A stretch of 64,000 bases of DNA from Candidatus Marinacidobacterium sp. (GTDB lineage Bacteria; Acidobacteriota; Vicinamibacteria; Marinacidobacterales; Marinacidobacteraceae). A program made the translations under genes and the position numbers. Below the pieces are notes generated by a model. That model did no database searches. It worked only from the letters and a program-made list of their open reading frames with translations, and was not told where the DNA came from. The stretch is from NCBI GenBank assembly GCA_965204755.1, contig OZ242011.1, forward strand, positions 64,001 to 128,000, read 5' to 3'. Below are positions 58,133-64,000 of the stretch, piece by piece. The number at the start of each line of letters is the position of its first letter. Within the stretch, counting starts at the first letter, position 1.

Positions 58133-60639
58133 CGGCGCTCCGGGCGCTCGCCGGGCGTCAGGCCGACCGGGACCGGGTCGCCTCGTGGCTCCTTTCCGCC
58201 TACTTGGGCTCGGCCCCGGCCTACCGGCTCCCCGGGCTCGAACGGGAACTGCTCGACGGGCTCAAGATCGCGGCGTGGGTCGCGGCGGTCGGCCTGGTGC
58301 TCCTCCCCGCCGCGCTGGAGGGGCGGCTGAGGCTCCCGCGGCGGATCTTCGGCCCCCCGGCGTTCGCCGCCGTCGCCCTGCTGACCGTCCCCGGGCTGGT
58401 CCGGGCCAGCGCCGGCGTGGACATCGCGCGGTTCGTCCTGGACATCGGCGCCGGCGTGGTCTTCCTCTGGTGCTTTTTCGACCTGGCGCGGCGCGGGTTC
58501 GACCTCCGGCCGCTCCTCCTGCGGGCCGCGCTCGTCGTCAGCGCGCTGGGCGCGGTGTCCCTGGGGCTCGTCCTCACGGAGATCCCGAACTGGAGCCTTC
58601 CCTGCCGGGCGCTCTACTGGATCCCCGCCGCCCTGGGCTTCGGGGTCACCCGCACCGGGTGGTCCATCGGCCTCGGACTCCTGCTGCCGGCCCTGGCGCT
58701 GACCGCCGGACTCCCCGGCGGGCGGAGGAGCCGGGCTCTCCTCGCGGCCGCGGCGGCGAGCGGCGCCGCGGTGATCCTCGCCAGCCAACTCGCCTCCGGC
58801 GGCCGCACCGGGCTCGCCCTGTCCGGGATGACGGTGCTGGTCTTCCTGCTGCGCCGCCCCTCCCGCCGACTGGCGCTCGCGCTCCTCGGGGTCGGGCTGG
58901 TCCTCGCCTGGACGGCCCTGGACCGGACCTGCCTTCGCCATCTCAAGGTTCCGGCGCCCCTCGCCGCAGCCCGCGCCCCCGAGGGGCCGCCGGCCTGGTG
59001 GACGCCGAGGATCCTCCGCCCGCTCCCGCCTACGGTGGCGCAGTACTACACGGCCGGTCTGAACCGGGCGCGGAACACCGGGGACACCCTGAATTTCGTC
59101 GGCGGCCACCGGGTCTGGCAGTTCGACCTCTCGGTCGAGCGGATCGCGGAGCGTCCGCTCGTCGGCCACGGCTGGCGGCAGGTGCTGTTCCGCGAGACCT
59201 ACGAAGACCGGCTCGTCGAGGTGCACAACCTGTGGCTCAAGTGGGCCCTCTACACCGGGCTCCCGGCGCCGCTGTGGTTCGCCTTCCTCGCGCTCTCGAT
59301 CCTCGCGGCGGCGGTCCGGCTCGCTTTCCGGCTGCGCCGGACGGAGGAGGCGGGGCTCGCCGGAACGCTGGCGCTCATCGTGTTCCTCGGACTGTTCGCT
59401 TCGCTCTTCGAGGGGTCGGTGCTCGTGGGCTCGTTCCACCTGACGGCCATCTGGTGGGGCGCCGCCGGGGCGGCGCTCGGCCTCGAAGCGCGCCTCCGGG
59501 AGCGGGAGCGGACCGACCGGTCTCCCCCCGCCGCGAACCGGCCGGCCGGGACGGCGGACGCGCCGATCCTCCCGGGGGAGTCGCCGCCGATTTCCATCGT
59601 CATCCCCGCGCGGAACGCCGAAGAGACGCTTCCGGCCACGCTCGAGGCCGCCCGGGCCCAAGACTACGCCGGCCCGGTCGAGGTCGTGGTCGCGGACGGC
59701 TCGGATACCGGCGCGACGGCCGAACTCCTGCGGCGGCGGTTCCCCGAGGCGCGGCGGGTCGAAAACCCGGAGCGGACGACGCCGACGGCGCTGAACCGCG
59801 CCGTCGCCGCCGCCTCGCACCGGATCCTCGTCCGCTGCGACGCCCACGCGGTGCTCCCGCCGGGCTACCTGACGCAGGCGGTCGCGACGCTGGCCCGGAC
59901 CGGCGCCGCCAATGCGGGCGGGACGCAGGCCCCGGCCGGGCGGACCCCGTTCGAACGCGCCGTCGCCCTCGCCACCGGCACGCTGCTCGGCGCCGGCGGC
60001 GCCCGGTGGCGGATGGGGGGCCGCGAGGGGCCGGCCCACACGGTGTACCTCGGCGCGTTCCGCCGGGAAGCCCTGGAGGCGGTCGGCGGCTTCGACCCCT
60101 CCCTCCTCCGGAACCAGGACTACGACCTGAACCGGCGTCTCCGGGAAGCGGGCGAGACCGTCTGGTTCGACCCGGAACTCTCGGTGGCCTACCGGCCGCG
60201 CTCCGACCTCCCGGCGCTGGCGCGCCAGTACTTCCAGTACGGCTGGTGGAAGCGGGTCGTGCTCGACCGCTACCCGGAGTCGAACCGGTTCCGGTTCTGG
60301 CCGGCGCCCCTGCTCGTCGCCGGGCTGGTCTTCTCCGGTTTCGCGGCGCTGCTCGGCTCGCTCCTCCCGCTCGTCGGCGGCGGCGCCCTCCGGGGGCCGA
60401 CCCTCGCCGCCGCCGCGGCCGTCCCGGTCACCTACCTGGTCGCGGTCCTGCTCGGCTCGCTGCTCGCCGGGCTCCGCCGCCGGGACCCGGCAGCCCTGCT
60501 GCTGCCGGTCGTCCTCTCCGCGATGCACCTCTGCTGGGGCGCGGGGTTCTGGCTCTCCGGCTGGCGCAGCGCCCCGCCGGAGGGGCTCGGCGCCCGGTCA
60601 GCGGGAGGCGCCGGCCGGGTCCGCGGAAGCCCCGCCTGA
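58129..60639 (+). CDS. O-antigen ligase/Wzy-like domain fused to ExoA-like GT2
   Basis: TTGA-coupled start. SGGRTG, RPLVGHG, EVHNLWL, then ISIVIPARN, RCDAHA, GGFD..RNQDYDLNRRL, LARQYFQYG in one frame with no stop. Confidence 0.8.
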   Translation: MTALRALAGRQADRDRVASWLLSAYLGSAPAYRLPGLERELLDGLKIAAWVAAVGLVLLPAALEGRLRLPRRIFGPPAFAAVALLTVPGLVRASAGVDIARFVLDIGAGVVFLWCFFDLARRGFDLRPLLLRAALVVSALGAVSLGLVLTEIPNWSLPCRALYWIPAALGFGVTRTGWSIGLGLLLPALALTAGLPGGRRSRALLAAAAASGAAVILASQLASGGRTGLALSGMTVLVFLLRRPSRRLALALLGVGLVLAWTALDRTCLRHLKVPAPLAAARAPEGPPAWWTPRILRPLPPTVAQYYTAGLNRARNTGDTLNFVGGHRVWQFDLSVERIAERPLVGHGWRQVLFRETYEDRLVEVHNLWLKWALYTGLPAPLWFAFLALSILAAAVRLAFRLRRTEEAGLAGTLALIVFLGLFASLFEGSVLVGSFHLTAIWWGAAGAALGLEARLRERERTDRSPPAANRPAGTADAPILPGESPPISIVIPARNAEETLPATLEAARAQDYAGPVEVVVADGSDTGATAELLRRRFPEARRVENPERTTPTALNRAVAAASHRILVRCDAHAVLPPGYLTQAVATLARTGAANAGGTQAPAGRTPFERAVALATGTLLGAGGARWRMGGREGPAHTVYLGAFRREALEAVGGFDPSLLRNQDYDLNRRLREAGETVWFDPELSVAYRPRSDLPALARQYFQYGWWKRVVLDRYPESNRFRFWPAPLLVAGLVFSGFAALLGSLLPLVGGGALRGPTLAAAAAVPVTYLVAVLLGSLLAGLRRRDPAALLLPVVLSAMHLCWGAGFWLSGWRSAPPEGLGARSAGGAGRVRGSPA

Positions 60640-61596
60640 CCCGGCGGCCGGGGGAGGGCGGGAGGACGCCGCCCGGAGGTACACGCCCTCGGCCACTTTC
60701 GCGGAACTTCCTTCCACGATCTCGACGCACTCGCGGTAACTCCGCTCGAGGTTCCGCCGCCCCGAGTCGCTGAGCCGGAGGGCGCCCTCGGTCCGGAGCG
60801 GGGTGAAGAAGAGGGCGCCGACCCGCGGATGGTCCTTGAGCCGCTGCAGGGTCTTGCGGAACCCCAGGCGGCGGAGCGCGAGGGCGATCCCCTTGCCGAG
60901 GGCGGAGAACCACACCGCGCGGGCGTCCACCGCTTCGTTGGTCCGGTCCGTCGGGCGGATCTCCACCCGTTCCAGACCGCACCGCGCGATCAGCGCGGCC
61001 AGGACTTCCCGGGTCCGGTTCACGAGCGCCGGGAAGGCGATGACCATGAGGTCCGCCGGCAGTTCGTACAACTCCCGAAGGCGCTCCGGGGTCAACCGGT
61101 CGCGGAGCACCGCCTCTTCGAGCGCCCGGGGCCCGAGCAGCGCGGAGACCTCGCCCCGGCTGCGCCGGAACCGCATCATGGATTCGGCGCGGACCCCGTG
61201 GTGGCGGAGGAGCGCCACCACCAGGATCCGGACCCCCTCCTCCCGGATCCGGCCCAAGCCGGGAACGAGCGCCGGGTCGCGGTATCCGAGGTTCGCCACA
61301 TCGAGCAGCACCGTCCCCGGCCCCCCGGCGGCCGCGCGCGCCCGGTGGAAGGCGGCCGGCGAGCGGTAGTAGTAGCCCTCCTTGAGTTCCGGGGAGACCA
61401 TCGCCGGATGCGCCAGCAGGTTCCGGAAGAGGAACTCGCTGCCGGAGCGCCCCGGCCCGACGACGAGCAGGTAGTCGTACGCGGCGGAGGGAAGCCCCGG
61501 TTGCATCGCTCCGCTCGCCACGACCGTCTCCGGCTCTTCCTCCGCCCGCCGCCCGGTACGGTACTCCGCCGCGAATTCCCGCCCCCGGATTCCCAA
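60598..61596 (-). CDS. Sulfotransferase-like P-loop protein
   Basis: LLVVGPGRSGSEFLFRNLLAHP..KEGYYY, ILVVALLR. The start could instead be ATG 61506. Confidence 0.65.
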   Translation of the reverse strand: MGIRGREFAAEYRTGRRAEEEPETVVASGAMQPGLPSAAYDYLLVVGPGRSGSEFLFRNLLAHPAMVSPELKEGYYYRSPAAFHRARAAAGGPGTVLLDVANLGYRDPALVPGLGRIREEGVRILVVALLRHHGVRAESMMRFRRSRGEVSALLGPRALEEAVLRDRLTPERLRELYELPADLMVIAFPALVNRTREVLAALIARCGLERVEIRPTDRTNEAVDARAVWFSALGKGIALALRRLGFRKTLQRLKDHPRVGALFFTPLRTEGALRLSDSGRRNLERSYRECVEIVEGSSAKVAEGVYLRAASSRPPPAAGSGGASADPAGASR

Positions 61597-61636
61597 CCCG
61601 CGAATTCCCGGTCCCGCCCCCGGCGCTCCGGCCCGT

Positions 61637-63031
61637 TCAGCGCGCCTGCGTCACCTCGGCCGCCCGGAGTTCCCCGTCGTCGGCCCGACCCGGGAGCCGG
61701 CCGGCGGCGGCGAGTTCCCCGGCCACCGCGCGCGCCGCGGCCCGACCGTCCCGGATCGCGTAGTTGGTGCCGCGGTCTTCGGGATAGATCTGGGCCATGG
61801 TGGACAGGAACAGGTTCCCGAGCGGGGTCTTCCGCTCCGGGACCAGCCGGGCGTATCCGCGCTCGACCACCGGCTGGGCGTAGCGGGCGCGCCAGATGTG
61901 GGCGGCCAGGACGCTCTCGTCGGTCAGCGCGGGGAACATCCGGCGCAGGTGCTCCACGGTGAACGCCGCCACTTCTTCGTCGGGGCGGCGGTAGAGCGGT
62001 TCCTCCGCCGGCAGGTAGCGGGCGGCATAGACGATCCGCCTCCCGGAGTAAGTGGCCGCCGGTTCGAAGTTCGTGTGTTCGATGACCCCGACGAACGGGA
62101 AACCCGGATCGTTGACATTCAACCAGTAGAAGTCGGAGAGGCTGCGGTCGAGTTCGAGCACGACGCAGAGCGCCGCGAGGTAGCGGATGCGCCTCAGCCG
62201 CGCCGCGTACTCCGGAGAGACATGCGGCCCCACCAGGTCGGCGACGATCGGCAGCGCCGGCGTGGCGACCACCGCATCGGCGGGCAGGACGCCCGACGCC
62301 GTCTCGACCCCGGTGACCCGGCCGCCCTCGACCCGGAGTCCGGTAGCGGCGGCGCCGGTGCGCACTTCCCCCCCCTGCCCCCGCACCGAGTCCGCCACCG
62401 CATCGGCGAGGGCGGCGAACCCGCCCCGGAAGTAGGCGAGCCGCTCCTCCCCCCGACGCCCGCGGCTGCCGCCTCGCAACTTCAACTTGTTCCAGATCCA
62501 CACCGCGGCCACTTCGTCCGCGAGTTCGCCGAACTTCCCGCGGAGGAGCGGCTCCCAGACCACCCGGTACACCCGCTCGCCCCCCAGTTCGCGGAGCCAG
62601 TCGGCGGCGGTCCGGTCCTCGAGCGGCCGATGATCCCGCACCCACCGGGAGCGGAGGGTGAGCGCGCCGAGCCGCAGCCGGTCGAGGAACGGGAGCGCGG
62701 AGAACCGGAGCAGGTCGAGCGGCGTCGCCAGCCGGAAGAAGCGGTGCGCGAAGTAGGCCCCGGTGCGGGTGGCCCGGAGCAGCATGCGATCCGAAAGCCC
62801 CAGGTCTTCGACCAGCCGGGTGACTTCCCGGTCGCTGGCGAACCAGTGGTGGTAGAACTTCTCCAACCGGGCGCCGCCGGCGAGGAAACTGCCGGCCAAC
62901 CCCCCGACCTCCGCGTCGCGCTCGAGAACCGTCGCCCGAATCCCCAGGCGCCCGAGTTCGTAAGCCGCCGCCAACCCGCCGAACCCCCCGCCGATGACCA
63001 CGACCCGCGGGCGGGAGGACGCGCCGCTCAT
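61637..63031 (-). CDS. FAD-dependent oxidoreductase (amine oxidase/protoporphyrinogen oxidase-like type found in glycan loci)
   Basis: VVVIGGGFGGLAAAY, GGLA, LEKFYHH, YWLN, EHTNF, YAQP, IYPEDRGTNYA; ATG 63031. Confidence 0.85.
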   Translation of the reverse strand: MSGASSRPRVVVIGGGFGGLAAAYELGRLGIRATVLERDAEVGGLAGSFLAGGARLEKFYHHWFASDREVTRLVEDLGLSDRMLLRATRTGAYFAHRFFRLATPLDLLRFSALPFLDRLRLGALTLRSRWVRDHRPLEDRTAADWLRELGGERVYRVVWEPLLRGKFGELADEVAAVWIWNKLKLRGGSRGRRGEERLAYFRGGFAALADAVADSVRGQGGEVRTGAAATGLRVEGGRVTGVETASGVLPADAVVATPALPIVADLVGPHVSPEYAARLRRIRYLAALCVVLELDRSLSDFYWLNVNDPGFPFVGVIEHTNFEPAATYSGRRIVYAARYLPAEEPLYRRPDEEVAAFTVEHLRRMFPALTDESVLAAHIWRARYAQPVVERGYARLVPERKTPLGNLFLSTMAQIYPEDRGTNYAIRDGRAAARAVAGELAAAGRLPGRADDGELRAAEVTQAR

Positions 63032-63494
63032 CGTCTTCCGGAAAGGATATCCGCGCCCCCTCCGGGTCCTGCCGCCGCTCCTTCTCCTCCCGCCCGGACC
63101 GCCCCACCGCCCGAAAATCGGCGGCTGCATCGCTGGCGGCGTCGGTGGCCCGCCCGGGCCGCAGCCCCTCGCAACGCCCGACCGGAAGGCCCGCGCGCCC
63201 GGCCGGCCGGGGCGACCCCGCGACCGGGCCGAGAGCCGGGATTTCCGAGCGCTTCCCCGCCATCGCTGCCCGTTGCCCGGGCCGCCCCGCCTCGCGGACC
63301 GCGCGCTGGACTCTTTGGTTTGCACGGTCAGTTACGAAGATGGCGATGAGACACCCACCGGGAAGATCGGGAACGGTCATCCGACCCTCGCGCCGGTCGG
63401 TCCGGGGAGTCCTTGGGCGCTCGGCGCCAGGTCTCGACCCGACGGGCGGCCGCGCATCGGCCGCCACCGACCGGCGCCCCCGAAAGCCGCTGCC

Positions 63495-63866
63495 GTGGCG
63501 CGCCTGACGCTCGTCATCGCGTTGCTCGGCGCCACTGCCGGTATGGCCGGCATCCTGCTCTACTTCAGCACGATTCCGTTGCAGAGCGTCGTGCGGGGCG
63601 ACGAACTGGAATTCATTCTCGACCGCCTCGGACTCCAACTCTGGGTCCTGGAAAACATCCTGGTCATCACGGCGCTCGTCTTCGCCATCATCGGCGTTAT
63701 CGGCTACCAGGCCATAAAGGACGAGGCAACCAAACAGGCGGTCGGACAGGCGGAAAAGCAAGTCCGCGAATATCTGAACACGCACGCCGAAGACCACCGC
63801 GGTTCGGATACCGGCCAGCGAGCGCGCGGTGTGAAACAGCACGACGAGGAGGCTCCCGATGAATGA
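63495..63866 (+). CDS. Small two-TM hypothetical protein
   Basis: Protein-like 3' part of ORF 62994..63866 with two hydrophobic segments and a helical tail; start uncertain. Confidence 0.6.
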   Translation: MARLTLVIALLGATAGMAGILLYFSTIPLQSVVRGDELEFILDRLGLQLWVLENILVITALVFAIIGVIGYQAIKDEATKQAVGQAEKQVREYLNTHAEDHRGSDTGQRARGVKQHDEEAPDE

Positions 63867-64000
63867 GAACGGCAGTTTCATGGAGATCATCCGGCGCCAC
63901 CAGCAAGAGCCCCCGGTACCGGTGTCCCGCATCGCCCACGATCTCGGACTCAAGGTGTATCGGTCCAGCGGGTGGCCGGACAGCATCTCCGGAATGATCC
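63859..64000 (+). CDS. ImmA/IrrE-family metallopeptidase, N-terminal fragment
   Basis: MNENGSFMEIIRRHQQEPPVPVSRIAHDLGLKV..ISGMI resembles the PVP..IA..LG..ISG N-terminus of this family. The HExxH motif would lie beyond the window. Confidence 0.55.
   Translation, partial: MNENGSFMEIIRRHQQEPPVPVSRIAHDLGLKVYRSSGWPDSISGMI

Noticed and set aside
61637-63031. hemY/hemG protoporphyrinogen oxidase
   Set aside because: It shares only the FAD fold; no heme genes are nearby and this subfamily is typical of glycan loci.

Overview
Very GC-rich bacterial DNA, almost fully coding. Most long ORFs in the supplied track are off-frame or antisense shadows. Positions 1 to ~63,000 form one cell-envelope glycan decoration region built largely from tandem paralogs. 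It holds 12 polytopic GT-C-like (PMT/ArnT/GT87-type) membrane proteins, 10 of which carry one or two copies of an unnamed ~100-aa two-cysteine C-terminal domain. It also holds 7 membrane-anchored SGNH (AlgX/AlgJ/DltD-like) proteins, 4 tandem cadherin-like + arylsulfate sulfotransferase genes plus a fifth ASST-type gene, 2 PAPS-type sulfotransferases and 2 TupA-like ATP-grasp ligases. Single-copy genes include GT2, GT4 and ExoL-like glycosyltransferases, an O-antigen-ligase::ExoA-like fusion, an atypical PQQ-type dehydrogenase, an FAD oxidoreductase and a SxtJ-like / DUF5989 (SxtK-like) / carbamoyltransferase triad. Best lead: the 49-aa DUF5989 peptide, missed by the ORF track, has the size, topology and C-terminal x-I-Y-x-x-F motif of the DltX acyl shuttle. 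This suggests an MBOAT-free trans-membrane carbamoyl relay feeding the SGNH proteins. Second lead: eight poly-G/C tracts of 14-25 nt all fall inside paralog-family genes and seven break the frame, which means either phase variation or long-read homopolymer error. The last ~700 bp look less GC-rich and start an ImmA/IrrE-like gene. All family calls are by-eye motif recognition; no searches were run.
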